Of a stretch of DNA of 47,799 nt, positions 12,168 to 29,500 are shown in pieces (within the stretch, counting starts at the first letter, position 1; each line of letters starts with the position of its first letter). This DNA is from Amoeboaphelidium protococcarum X5. Lineage: Eukaryota; Fungi; Aphelidiomycota. Both the position numbers and the translations under genes were made by a program. Location of the stretch: NCBI GenBank assembly GCA_023515725.1, contig JALDTO010000223.1, positions 1-47,799 of the forward strand, read 5' to 3'. The notes under the pieces were generated by a model. That model had not been told where the DNA came from. It saw nothing but the letters and a program-made list of their open reading frames with translations, and searched no databases.

Positions 12168-14606
12168 ATGAAACTTTTCGGTGTATTCACTTTGTTTGCG
12201 TTAACCGCAGATGGCGTGCTCTCTCAATCAATTAAAGTCCCCATGGCACCTAATCAGTCTATGACAATCAGGATTGTATCGAATGTCTTGGTAAATTGTG
12301 GCCATGATGCGTCATAGTGCTCTATATTTTCGTTGGATTCTGCGACAGGTGCCCCAAGATTGATAACGAATGTCACAACGGGAAGCTATCCGTATTAAGA
12401 AATGGTGCTCGACAGCGTTAATCAGATTGTCTATCTTTATGTTGCTGCTACTCAGCCCAATGATTATGGTAGTCCTAGACTCTAATTGTACTCAATCAGG
12501 TTGCCACTAACGTCTGCCGCTAACGTGTCATCGGTTGGTGCATTAATCCCCTCTATAAGTGGTGCATTAATCATGGCCATTGATTACTAAGACCGTTTCT
12601 TGTACCTAATTGCAGATTCTAAACTTTTGAAATATGACATTAAGAATTATGTTCCGGTTTTAATGAATTCAAGATATTCAACTATGCTTAGTGGCGTTGA
12701 ATAGTGGGGTCCTAGAATGGCTGGCGTGAGCAATGGGTATCTATATTACGCATCATACTCGTCTGCTGCAAAATATGTTTGGGACTTGACCTCTGATGTG
12801 ATCTTAATGAAACAGTTGCAAAATGATAACAACCCTACGCGCTGTGTTGGCTTCTTCAATGGGCAAGTCCTCTTCTCTACAGAGTATTATTCAGGTGGTA
12901 ATACTGGTTTTGCCTTCAGTAATTTTACTTTGAACTAAAATCAAGTGAATAATTATGTCTCACATGTGCCATCGGTCATTTCAGAGCCTGTTGAATTCTT
13001 AATGTTGGATGAAAATGTAATGCTCTATGCTGACCGAGACTTGTAGAAAGTCTAGCTGATTAGAATAAACAATGGTCCTAACCAGGCACCTGTGACGGTA
13101 TTAGCGTCTGTACCAGCTCAAGTACCACACGGTGTTGTATGGTATGGAAATTACGTTTATGTCTCCACTTGGGGTGATGCATAAGCCTCCGGAATATTGT
13201 ATTTCCGTGTCAGCTCTAATACTACTGATGGTATGGGATAGTTGCGTCAATTTGCTAATCCTTCCCGCTTTTATGGCATGTGGATGAGATAATTTGCTTG
13301 GTTATAAAGCTTGATTACCCAAAACATAACTGTTGGCACTACGAGATCTTTAATCGATTTGACAAAAGGTGTTGTCGTTTACCGAAGTGGTTTAAAGTAT
13401 GCGATCACAATATAATCATAATCAATGGTAATCAATTGCGGTGATGTTGTCGCATATAGCTTTGTAAATGGATCGCTAGTAGCCTCTTAGCTATTGTTTA
13501 ATTAGTCGGACTTAAACAGTAATCCGTAAATTACGATTCAAAATGGCAATTCTGGATTGGGCTCAGTCAAACTAGGAGTATCTTCTGGTGATACTTCTGC
13601 TGTGTTGAAGTTTGTTGCGTTCAATGAAAGAGGCACTGAGCAGGTGGTGACACTGGCTATTTAGGGACAAGCCGCTCCAACTACCTCCGCGGTATCTACT
13701 GTAATTACGACTACTTCTACTACCAGGCCTACTACTTCTACTACCAGGCTTACTACTTCTACTACCAGGCCTACTACTTCTACTAGTACTAGTACTACGA
13801 CAACTAGGCCTACTACCACCACTACGACAAAGTCTACCACTACTACTACGACTACTACCTCCTAGATATAAACTTCCACTATTGTCCACATAGCAACAGG
13901 AGTTAAATCGATGGTGAATACGACGTCTATTACTTCTTCGTCCACCGCCAGTTCTACCTTGAACCATTTAGCCTCGTCGTCAGTTACTGAAGTGAGCACA
14001 TAATCTTCTCCTCTGCCGTCCACTAGCTCATCAATGTCATAACAGTTCACCAATGCCACGTCTTAAACTTAAGACTTATCAGATTCAACTGCATCCTGGA
14101 CGATTAGCTCTGCCTCTCCACTATCTGATAATACGTTGCAATCATTAGCTCCAATAAGTGCAACTGTATCGGTGGCTTCAGTTTCTGATTCACTCTCTCA
14201 GGTATAAAGTCAAACAAGCTCATACGCTAGTAACATTTAATTCAATGCTTTTACGGGTGTCAGTTAGTTCTCCTCGTCTTTGGTATAGAATGCCGTTACA
14301 ACATCTCTAGTGTCTGTTAATCAGTAACAGCAACAGGTTCTCAGCTTTGATTTGTAACTAATAATCATACTGACAGCAAGTCTGATCGCTATTCTGACTC
14401 TTGTTGCTATTGGATGTGCATACAGAAAGCGTCGCGCTACAAAGAGGAAACGTATGCAGCTTGAAAATTTGTACCAAAATGGCTCCATGACCAACACCAC
14501 CACTTTTCCGATGGCTGACGTGAATAGTGCCACTGTTTTGAATGCAACTATTCCTTACAGCGGAACTGTCATGGGAAATGAAACGGCAATATTGTCTCAG
14601 TATTGA
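12168..14606 (+). CDS. Type-I membrane surface protein (~812 aa): signal peptide, beta-rich ectodomain, Ser/Thr mucin-like stalk, single TM, basic stop-transfer tail
   Basis: MKLFGVFTLFALTADGVLS; TTSTTRP repeats; LIIILTASLIAILTLVAIGCAY-RKRRATKRKR; continuous under TAR=Gln. Confidence 0.8.
13710..13785 (+). repeat. 21-bp coding tandem repeat (actacttctactaccaggcct, TTSTTRP), about 3.5 copies
   Basis: Directly visible within the Thr-rich stalk. Confidence 0.85.
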
Positions 14607-14668
14607 ACTCAATGTGGAACTCTCCTTAAAGAAAAACCATGATAAATTAACAACAATGTATCTTAAAA

Positions 14669-15625
14669 TCAATCTCCTCTCTCACTCATTTTAATAAAAC
14701 CATTTTGACCATTAGCGGCACCACCTTTCCACATCTAATCACAATTAATGCCAACCATGGCCTCACCCAAACCTTCACTAACTTGAGCCAGAATTTCAAA
14801 GTTGTCAAAATGACTTACTGCCTGTACAATGGCGCGTGCACGTTTAGCTGGATCTGCAGACTTGAAAATACCCGAACCAACAAAGACGCCGTCCATACCC
14901 AAGTGCATCATCATGACCGCATCTGCTGGCGTAGCAATTCCACCCGCTGCAAAGTTCACCACTGGAAGTCTACCTTCACGCACAGTTTAATGCAACAACT
15001 CTTCAGGTACGCGATACTCTTTGGCAAGATCATGGAATTCCTGAGGTAGTTTCTACATAGGATAATCCGCAATCATTTAATCTTATTTAAGCAGAGACTG
15101 CGCTTTCTTGATATCATTCTGCAGATTTCTTGCATGTTAAACTGCATTGATTACATCTCCAGTTCCAGCTTCACCTTTAGTTCTAATCATGGCAGCACCT
15201 TCATTGATTCTACGAAGAGCTTCGCCCAAATTTCTACAGCCACACACAAATGGTATCTGGAATGGGTGCTTGTCAATATGTAGATACGGATCCGCTGGAG
15301 TCAAAACTTCACTCTCATCAATGTAATCCACACCGATACTTTCCAACACTCTTGCCTCGATAAAGTGGCCGATGCGACACTTGGCCATGACGGGGATAGA
15401 CACTGCCTTCTAAATCTCTTTAATCATCTTAGGATCAGACATCCGGGCAACACCACCATCTTTACGAATATCAGCAGGTACACGTTCCAAAGCCATAACT
15501 GCGCACGCACCTGCCTGTTCAGCAATCTTGGCTTACTCAACATTGACCACGTCCATGATAACGCCGCCCTTCAGCATCTGCGCTAATCCTCGCTTCAAAA
15601 CCAACTATTCGGATGAGTTTGTCAT
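14669..15625 (-). CDS. PDX1: Pyridoxal 5'-phosphate synthase subunit PDX1/SNZ
   Basis: [67 protein letters not shown]. Confidence 0.97.
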
Positions 15626-15971
15626 TTTGAAAGGCCACACTAAAAAATCAATCAAGATGATGCTATGATTATAAATGATAAAGGTGCACAATTAAAATAA
15701 GAATATTAATGAGAGGAAACGAAGTGAAATGTGACGTATGACGTTTATAAACCGCTGTGGCTTCAACAATCTTCAAACGCGCCGAGCCGAGCCGATTGAG
15801 AATTGTTTCAGCGTCGCTGTCATCAAAGCCACATTTGAAATTGTATTGATCACACTGTACTGTAATTTAAATATGCAGAAAAAGACAAAATAAGTGTGAA
15901 GACTGTAAATTTTAAGATTGTATTCATTTAATTTCTTATTATTATCTGGCAGTGACATTCATGCATCACGT

Positions 15972-16229
15972 TCAGAGTAGAGTCACAGTACCATCCGGAT
16001 TATTCTTTGCAGGATATGGCTTGTTGCCAATGTAGCAAACGGAAGCTGCCGGACTCAAATTACAGGATGCACCGTTTGCGTAAGTACAGACGGTACCACT
16101 AGCCCCTTTCTACTGCAGCGTTACTCTACCAGCGTTGTAGTGAGACAAGTTAGGACAGTACAGAGGAAGTTGCGCGGAGACGGTCATCACCGCGACGACA
16201 CCAGCCAGAATAGTATTGATCAATTGCAT
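15972..16229 (-). CDS. Small secreted Cys-containing protein (85 aa), candidate effector
   Basis: MQLINTILAGVVAVMTVSA signal peptide, 4 Cys in the mature part, one in-frame TAG, TGA stop. Confidence 0.7.
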
Positions 16230-17145
16230 TTTTATAGAGATTTATATTAAGGATTATTTCAGATAAGTATGATTTAGATAATTATAATATAGTTATAGAA
16301 TAACTTTCATGTCTAGGACCAGCTTTTAAACCGATTTGCCGCGGTTACATTGCTCACGCTGTTCCAATCAAGATGCAGCGATAGCGTTACTCTGAACCTT
16401 GATGTAACATCCAGTCAGCCTGACCATTATTAGACGACTAAAATACGTGCTTGGTAACACGTAATGTAACTCTTTGTATCACGCGTAATTAAGAGTCACT
16501 TCATAGAGGACGTTAACTACTAATCAGCAGAGGGGTCATGCAATGTATAGTTTAGGATCAGCTTACCCAGATGATACTCTTTCCATTGACAATACGAGCA
16601 CTAGAGCCGACGAAGTTTTCAATTTATTTATTACAACTTACGTGATAATCTAGCTTTTGTGTTGACTCAGTCTAAAATTTGAAGTCTGCGCATATAATTG
16701 TCAATTCCTTCAGAGCATTAGATCACCCACCAATCTGAGTCAACAATGCCACATTTCATATTGATTTCATACAGGACTCTTATCCAGCAATTTTCTCGGT
16801 AGGGCAGACTCAAACAATTTTAGAAATAGTGCCAATCCTTTTGAGCTGCTCTCTATGACAAAACGTTCATATCTGATAAAATCAGTCCAACGAGCAACAA
16901 CTTGATCCGGGTCAAACTAGCCACAATCAAAGTTTTAAATGTCCTATAAATCTGCAGGCCATAAATTTTACAGAACACTCTTATTATTAGTAGCCTGAAA
17001 CTCACCGGATCGCACGCGTCTAAGCCTTTTCCCTTGTGTGTGAAAGAAGTACTCTTTGTCGGATGAAACACGACGCGCTTGTACCTAACGATCATCTTAA
17101 GTACTGGATTGATTTAAAAAAACTAAGCTTGGACTCCCCGCTATC

Positions 17146-18343
17146 ATGGTAAGTACGTTTTGATCTTCACCTTCATATAGACGTTATATTTTATATTGTA
17201 GCTTTCAACTTTTAAATCAGTGAAAGAAGGTTGGCTTTGATCGTGTACTTCAACGAACAACTCTCATTTATGAACGTGCCTGTATGTAGCTCACACCAGT
17301 GGAATTTGGTGTGCGAAATGGTCTACCAGAGTGAATAAGATTATCACGGCTGGGGTTGGCTCTGAAATTAAATTATGGTACGTTATAATGGGGATAGGTG
17401 AATCTGAATTGTAGTACTATACTTACTTTTGGTGTAGGGATGGAGAGACGATGGAATGTGAGTAGGTGGTAAAGAGTTCTGATCTTGGTGTTGTATCAAT
17501 GGACTTGCGCGATTTGACCGACTCAACTCGTATGACTTTAATATATGCCAAGTGTAAATAACATACATTTTATTGCAAATGAAATGTGTAGTGTTAGTTA
17601 CAAATACTGCGGATGGTCAATTATCTGTGTGGGAGTTGACTGACGCGAAAAGTGGCCTCAAATTGTAGAACAGGTTCAATTTTGGTCCCTCTAATGCGTG
17701 GTGTGTTTCGATTTCGCCGTAAGGTGACCAGATAGCATCTGGTACTCATCGCGGAGTGCTGAATATATATTCTGTATCCGATGGCAAGTGTTTGCGCAAA
17801 GCAGAAGTTGGCAAAGGTTAGTTTATTCAGAGTGTCGCGTATAGTCCCGATGGTGCCATGCTAGTAATCGGAACCGTCACTGGCCTTGTACAGATATACA
17901 ACTCTTCTGACATGCAGTTGATGCACACTCTTCCATCGCATCAGAATGATCCTGTGAGGTGTCTTGGGTTCTCTAGGGATTCATCGCTCTTTTTGACTGG
18001 CAGTGATTCTGGAAAAATTGAAGCGTATGACCCAGTGAATGCTGATAAAATGGCCTCACTGGTGTCACCAGCTACTGTATCAGCCTCTTCATCAGCAGCA
18101 GCGCAAAGTGCTGTAAAGAAACCGTGGATTCTTTCACTTTAAATGCTGGCGGACGGTGTGCATTTTATCAGCTCATCTTCAGACAAGACTGTACGCGTAT
18201 GGAGTTTAGGCACTAAGAGCTGTCTATTCACATTGTAAGAACATTATGACCTTGTGTGGCAAGTCGCTCTCAATGAAAAATAGGATAAACTGGTGTCTGT
18301 CAGCGATGATGGTCATTTGATCTAATACTCGGTCCAATTATGA
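17146..18343 (+). CDS. WDR61: WD40 protein Ski8/WDR61-like (4 short introns)
   Basis: Spliced N-terminus MLSTFKSVKEAHTSGIWCAKW; SVAYSPDG, SSSDKTVRVW, EHYDLVWQV, LVSVSDDG. Confidence 0.8.
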
Positions 18344-18462
18344 TTGAATTGGCTGATTTCAAGATACTAGTATACTTTAAACTATAATCTGTGGAAGATC
18401 CCTTATCGAATTACAATACCAAGAATTCTTAAAGGCAACAGTATGAGAAATAATGATAATAA

Positions 18463-19246
18463 TCAACAAATAGTACATTATGATGAGCCATCTTTACTTC
18501 CGTTCTTTGAAGTGGATATATTACCCGTCGATGATCCACCAACTTCACTCTTTTCAATCTCACGGAGAACCATCTCAAAGGCACGATCCACGTTGATATC
18601 CCCTTTAGCGCTTGCCTCAACAAATGCGCATCCCCATTAACTGGCCAACTGCTCACCTTATTACTTGGTCACTTTTCTACACTTTTGATACGGAGAATCA
18701 TCAGAATAGAAATAATGATTAGATTCAACAATTTGCATCTACAATCAAATGTTACCTATTAGATTCGAGATCGCATTTATTGCCAACTATGCAGAAGGCT
18801 ACTGAATTACTACCGAAATTGAGAACTTTATCGCGGATAACATTGAGCAGTTCAAAAGACTCTCGATTGGCAATACTATATACCAGCACATATCCGTGGA
18901 TGCCAAAGTTGTGAGATGAACTCATCAGCGTGTACTCGTCCTGACCAGCAGTGTCTATAATTTCCAAATTGTAAGTCTGCGGGCCTCTCTATCGTTACAA
19001 TGCAGATTTTTGTAGTACAAACTTTTTACTGAATGTATTCTCTATAGTGGGATAGTAGTCTTGTACGAATCTATTCTCGACAAATTGAAGTGTCAGCGAA
19101 GACTTTCCTACACAACATTACAAGATAGTATACATAGATTCAACATCTACAGTATAAAGAGAGTGCATATACATACCGACAGCACGGGATCCAACCACCG
19201 CTATTCTGCGGGTCTTTTCCTAATTCTAACCAAGAGGTGTCGCCAT
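18463..19246 (-). CDS. RHEB: Rheb small GTPase (several short introns)
   Basis: RIAVVGSRAVGKSS, YYPTIENTF effector loop, IIDTAGQDEY, GIHGYVLVYS, VGNKCDL, C-terminal CTIC*. Confidence 0.92.
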
Positions 19247-19380
19247 AATTGGCTGAAGTGAGACAATTCTATTCAAATACAAGCTTATTGTCTGGTATAA
19301 CAACGCGGCAAAGTATTTCCAGCCGCGGTTCTCTCAATAAGGCCGAATGAAAATCGATCCGAGCGCCCAAATGAGCGTTG

Positions 19381-20208
19381 TTGAAATTAAGGAATTTTTA
19401 CTGGCAACAGTCATGCGCGCATAGTTGTTACACCACCTCGTAAATAATCAGGTATCGTACACTTGGACATTTCTCAAAGTTCTCAGCGTGAAATAATTTT
19501 TCATCTATCACGCAATGCCTATTCAGTGATGACATATCGTTCGGTGATTGCAATCACCGTTTGAACAGCTGTCACTGATACAATTTTGCATCATTGTTCA
19601 CTGAACACTTTGATACTTCTTTCCAAATTGAACAAAGTGACACAAGTGGTGCTTTGATGTACCATATTGACCGTATGGTTCTACTAGACCATAATGTGAC
19701 CTTATAGGAGCTGAAAATTAATAATAATAGCCTACAAAGGTCATGTACCGTTTTAGGAAAAATAGGTAATTACATTCAAAGCCGTGATTTAATCAAGGCA
19801 GCGAATGACAAGCTGAATTTGGAATTCGGAGACGAGTATAATTGAGGCAAGTCTCAAGAGAGAAGATTGACCTTAGTTCGAAAACTCTAAGGGAAATTGG
19901 AATAGGGCGATATCCGGCTATCTCCAGCGATTGTTAAGCTGAAACGATCCTAAATCAAGGCTGGTGCAAATGAATTGGCACACAGCATTAAAAAGTTTTT
20001 GAAGAAGCGGACCCCAGATCAGAGAGACGCCATTTAAATTAAGTCTATGATCTAGGGGGCATCTTCTGAGAAGCTTGACGCCCTTGAAGGGGATGTCGAC
20101 TATCTTTATGCAGGTGACTGGTTTCCTCTTAAGGATGACTTTTCTCGACCATAAAGCCGAGCTCCTAGCTCACAAGCGTCTCCAGTCTTATCGCGCCGGG
20201 CCTCATGA
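19381..20208 (+). pseudogene. Degenerate orphan ORF with 3 in-frame TGA codons; possible relic cargo of an older GAPDH-targeting element
   Basis: One frame stays protein-like for ~275 codons but has TGA at 19489, 19576 and 19843; converges on the GAPDH 3' remnant. Confidence 0.45.
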
Positions 20209-20278
20209 CTAGATAATGATAATATAAGATCACATTTAAGATACTTCACTTACTTTCATTTTAATCTTCATATTTCAA

Positions 20279-20338
20279 TCAGTTCTTACCATTCTTCCTG
20301 GCGACGAACAGCAGCAGGTCAATGACACGGTTTGCGTA
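20279..20338 (-). pseudogene. GAPDH: Displaced 3'-terminal fragment of GAPDH ([19 protein letters not shown])
   Basis: 57/60 nt identical to 22852-22911, including the TGA, plus ~15 nt of similar 3' flank. Confidence 0.95.
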
Positions 20339-23944
<3,606 letters not shown>

Positions 23945-25460
23945 TTAAGTTTAGAGCGAAGTTAAGTTCAATTTATGATTATGATGTGATGTTACTCAAC
24001 GTGCAAGTAATAGAACTGACCAACTCTGATCGCGCGAGTGTGTCGTTACATTGATTGCTTACAGTGAGTGAGCGGCTTGGGTTGATCGCCCGAGATCAAA
24101 CACGAACTTTGCGACTCCGCTCAATGAGTGTGGCGTTTGAGAGTTCAGGTGCATCAACATCAATGTCGAACCTCAAAGTATTGACGAAAGCTATTTACAA
24201 CATCGCCTCAGTATTGGCCAAGAGTCAAGAAATGAAATCGCGGTTAAAGAGTAAAACTCTACATAAGTAACCAAATAATTTTAACAACTTTTACAATCAG
24301 ATGACACCAAGTTATGATGTATTTACAAGTTAGTTCTTGATGAAACGTTACGGCCGAGACACCCGTATTGATGCCGCTATCATTCATTATCTCTTAGAGT
24401 CTAACTCTTTATCATTCCAGCTTGATATAGATTCAATGAGTCCAGCCAACTATTGCATATATGCATCTTGATAGAAATTGTCACGTCTTTTGCTGCACCT
24501 CACTTAAAACGAGAGGTAGTTCATCCAACATCCTAGAAATCAGCAAACTCACTTTTACTGCAATCAGCAAAGATTTATCCGACACATCTTCTTTATTACA
24601 AGGGGGCGTTCTATTATTGAACTTCACTCTCTCAATGCTATAATGTATGGGCTTTAAAGATCGCTTCCTCGAAGATTTCATAATCTATGACTATTTCAGC
24701 GAAGTTTGAAGGACATTGGCAGCAATTGGCTTCGAAAGACGCGACATCTAGACTTTCTGCCTCTCAGATGGCTTTCTTATTAGGCAGGTAATGAGCGCCT
24801 TCACCAATCGATCATCTATAGGCTCTGATGCTTATGCACCGTACACTGTGAATGGGTACGTATATACTTTAATTCGTGTCCCATTCTCAACAAAGACTTT
24901 AAAGCATTCAGAGTGTACAGTGTAGTAGACATCCAAGCCGGTCTTGAATCCTGATACCAATGATGATAGACAGGAAATGCATTGATCACGCTGAACCATC
25001 GCGTTTTGTTACAGTTTCATTGGGGAATGTATACGTAGATGCAATCGTACAGTGTTCATTCATATATTACGATATTTATACCAAACTCTTAACATTTTTT
25101 TACAGAAGAGAAGTGATATGCCAATATATGTTCGTTTATAGCTCCAATGTATGAATTACTAACACTTCCAGGTAAGATCACGTAACGATGTGTCATGAAT
25201 TCGTATCAATTTTCAATACTCTGACTAAACGTAACAATGAACATACGACGCGTTATTTAAAAGGAAGCAGTAGAAGAAATGAATAATATCTTGACACAGA
25301 AAGTGATTTCGAGTTTACCTCTAGTGGGATTAGTAAAACTGTATCTCAAAATGTTCAAAAAGAGCATTTGAAGACATTGTTGTTGTGCTGAGACGCGAAT
25401 TGTTAAGTCTCTGACTGTGAGTAAGATAGACGCGTTTAGATTATATATCAAAATGTTCAT

Positions 25461-26301
25461 TCATTCACATAGTATCAGCGCCTGCATAACGCGGTCAATA
25501 TCAATGTTTAATGATCTAAATAATGCAGCCATTAAATCGTACGCAATAGTCAAAAGTGGTATAAGGAAGGACCGTGACAAGTATCGAACGTAGATTACGC
25601 ATGAGATCACCCCAATCAGGAAACCAGCCAGAACTTACAGAGGTGTATGGTAATTCAAGTAAATTCTACACACGCTGATATACACAATTATATAACAATA
25701 ATAGTAAGAGTATTTTTTATAGATTTGTCACGGCTATAAAGTCTTACCGAGAATAGCACACTAGTAAACTAATGCTCCCATAAAACAACATGCGAAGTAC
25801 ACGGCACACGATATTAGTCCGATATTACGAAGTAGATTGATTCTTCTTATCTTTTAGCTTTGTTATACCAGCATTAGAGTTCCCCTACAAGAGAGCAAAC
25901 ATAAACCAGAATGCCATAAATTGTGCATGACTAGACGGCATTCCAAATCCATCGTGTCTCTTAATGGAGTCCATGGAGGGCGATGATGGAGGAGAACCAT
26001 GAGATGCAACATTCACACCGACAGCAAAAATATTCTCCTGCACCTGATCCTCTGCTCGACCGTGAGAGACACCAGAGAAGGGAAAGTCTGGGCGTGGTGC
26101 TTATATATAATGTTTGAGCACGTAATTCACAACTTCATTTAGGATCAAGCCGATAAGCAGTAGTAATACGTTCATAGATCGCCTGACTGTCAGACACGAG
26201 AACACCAGATGAAACATATACCATATGGGAAATAGCGACGACACTCCCATAATGACAGATACGGTGGATTTATCCGGAATTTATACTTGGAACAACTTCA
26301 T
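25461..26301 (-). CDS. DOLPP1: Dolichyl-diphosphatase (PAP2 family), one intron
   Basis: LNEVVNYVLKHYIQAPRP, GFGMPSSHAQFM, VCYSR|IYLNYHTPLQVLAG. Confidence 0.88.
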
Positions 26302-26507
26302 TTCGATACTACGCTCTAAGTATAAGAGCTTATCGTGGGCCAAAGTTCTTTATATGAATTGAGAACGCGGTTATAAATTTCACTGAAAGGCTGAAGCGCC
26401 TAAAGTAAGATCAGTCAAACTGCAGTGACTAAAGTCGAAGAATAAAAGACCAAAACTAAGAATGTGCATATAATAATAATTATTGATTTGTATTCATTGC
26501 TACTTGG

Positions 26508-29500
26508 TCAATCGGAGGATATCATTGTAGATTCATTAACTTTTTCTGCCATAGGTTCTTTATCTTTATTCAAATCAGGCTACTCCAGGTCGGTGATATC
26601 AATGAGACGAATGCTTGAATTCAAGACGTTCTCTTCCTCCTAATCAAGCTACTACTCCTAATCTGGATCAACTACATCCAAGAACTCTTAACCGCCAGAA
26701 TCATAATCGCCCGAATTAGATTGATGCTGAGTCTCCGGGTCACGTTAGAACAAACTGTCAGGATCGGCGTTATCATCAGCCATATAAAGTGGTAAAGCAC
26801 TGTCACTACCATCTCTACTGACACTTCCTTTCGCCGGCTATACAGAAGGAGATTAAAGAGCTTGAAAGCCTGGAGGAGTGGAGACGCGCGATGTCGAAGC
26901 ATTCCCATGTTCTTCTCGCATTGTCTCTCTGATATCTCCTTGTACGTGTAGTGGACTACCGGGCCGCATTCTGCGAGGTTATACAAATGTAGACACAGAT
27001 TCAACGCTCTTTCTGTCTTGTCCACCACAACTTGGTGCAGAGTGCGTGATACTGTAGCACTTCCAGCAGGCATGAACGAAATCGCAATGCCAATCAGACA
27101 AGATACATCCCTTCTTCTCATTGAACGCCGGACAAATGTATCGCTTACTACCTGAACTCTGCAACGCGGACAATGCATCACCATGATTTGAGCTAGACAG
27201 AAGAGGATTCAGCCGGAATAACTGAGACATGTTATAGCGCCCCTGAGGCATAGGTAGAGATACTGCGCTGATTGAGCCTGAGCAATTGATGGCAGGATGC
27301 TCTGGACTCTTACAGATGGAGCACAGATGAAGTCGAAGGCATGGAGCATACATTTTAGAGACATCTTGGAACTGATCGCTATCATTCTGATCCACCAAAT
27401 GTTCATCATGCGCACGAGGACATTTTCCTGTATTGTTCCACTCTGAACACAATAACAACACGCCATGCTATTACGATGGATGTGGCTGCAGACATAAGGA
27501 AATCTTATACTCGTATTAACACGAGTCTCTGCGACCAAATTTATTCAACTGTTACAAATTCTCATCATTAAGACTTGCAATAGTCTTTGGAGCAAGACGT
27601 CGATAGATTATAGGATGATCGCATAGATGAGCTCTTCGACAATGCAGCGGATCATTACAGATGAGACGATTAAAGTTGAGACAAAGCTCTGCATTTCCAA
27701 GTCGCGGTGGTGATGGTTATTCTGGCACCAACTACTGACCAGACTAGAGAGACGACGTATCATTTATACTACTGTTCCTGTTAGGTGTCACTGCTCTTGG
27801 CATAGCATCTCTAGACATGGGGGATGTCAACAACGACCTGTCAATATATCCCATCTACTGTAGAAGCTTGAACGCTTATGGTAAAAGATGAGGGCGAATA
27901 CCGTGACATTAGATCAAAGTATGACCACTGCTGAAGCAATAAGCACACGAATGCACCTTCGGACATTAAACGGCAGTATATTAGCACAAACCCTGATGAT
28001 CTAGATCAGCCATGATATTGGATTTATTATAATCAAGACAAAGGCGTCGCTATGCCAGCGGCACAGTACACTCATGACTTCGATGATTGCCTTTGCACTT
28101 GTTACAGAGATGAATGTACGGGCAGTTACTAACCATGCAATTCTTACCAGCATTGAAATTGTTGCAGAACCCAATGGCCTAAGGAGGCTTCTTAGATAAA
28201 GGAATAACGCGGCTATTACGAAGCGGCATATAATTGGTCATGATATAAGTCTACTCCATCTTTCTATCAGAATCCCTTGATCTTTCAGGAAATCGCGCAC
28301 GTTGACTCGGTGCGGAATTCGTGTTATTGTATTCATGATCAATATTCACATCGGATAGCTCTGCGTTGCTATTATCTTATCCCCATCCGTCGGTACCATC
28401 ATCACAATCATCAATATCAGAGTGGCTAGACAATGTAGATGCAGAATTATCATCTTTCTTGCTACTTTTATCAGGAGAATGTGCTACACTGTTATTCTTT
28501 GAAGAAAGAAGAGGCTAGGGATAGCTTGATGCGTCGACATTTGGAATATTGGGCGCCATTGGTTCTTCATCTTCATTCTCGTTCACAATCATCTACTTGA
28601 AAGCATCAACACCCTTTTCAACATGAGACTTGGGGCCATTGACTTCAACATTCCAGATCAATTTACTTCCATAGCTATCATGCATGACAAAAGAATACAC
28701 CTTGAAATTAGCCAAATGTTCACTGCTCAGCGTAACAAATATATGATCATCCTACTGCAGAAGCTGTACTAAATTCTTGCTTGTTATCATCACAGAGACT
28801 CGCTTATCAACTTCCTTTTACAATTTCTTATCCGCAGGAGATTCTGGTAGAGATTCTTCATCGACGACTTTAGTATTTTAGCTAATCTCATTGACTACGG
28901 CAGACTTAGCGTCATCATCCTATCGCGACACCTCATCAGTCACAATTCTATCCGATTCAATTTAGGCAGGTTCCTAGTCAATTGGCTCTATATTTTACGC
29001 AAGGCTCTCTTAAGTAACTTCATCCAGGGATACAGAGCCCTTCTACTATTCAATATCAACAGAGAGTTAAGGTTGGAAATCATACTCATTAGATACTATA
29101 ATTTCTGGCTTAACATTCTCGATATCACGTTAAGATAAAGATTACGTGACCACAGGAAGCGCCGGAGGAGGTTCAATGCTAAGTTGGCTTATATCAACAG
29201 GTTACAACAGATTCTCAGTTACTGCAGCAGATGAAGCCAACTATTCAGATTAAACTAGCATAGTTTTCTCTAGATCGGAAGAGGAGGAGGAGGAGGTAGA
29301 TGAAGAAGACGGCGTAGTATTCGAGCTCATCTCCGATCCTTCATCACTCGCAGAACTCTATTGCTATCCCCAACCTTCAGCATTCTGATCATCATTAACA
29401 TCAATCTCATCGGCAGGAGATACTGCCGCTTCTTTCACAACATTACCGTGATCTGAAGGAGTATGTTAATGCCACTAATCTTCATCAACATGCTACTCAG

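Noticed and set aside
13710-13860. Short regular repeats resembling a CRISPR array
   Set aside because: No unique spacers; a coding Thr-rich tandem repeat in a eukaryotic gene
16560-17095. Possible ~140-aa minus-strand ORF between the small secreted gene and WDR61
   Set aside because: No motif; long open frames arise easily when TGA is the only stop
19381-20208. In-frame TGAs as selenocysteine or as a TGA=Trp (mitochondrial) insert
   Set aside because: No redox motif or SECIS recognised, and the frame also needs TAR=Gln; ordinary nonsense decay is simpler
24270-25400. Protein-like minus-strand fragments between GAPDH and DOLPP1; considered as a third cassette
   Set aside because: No coherent gene model and no duplicated DOLPP1 3' fragment found; left uncalled
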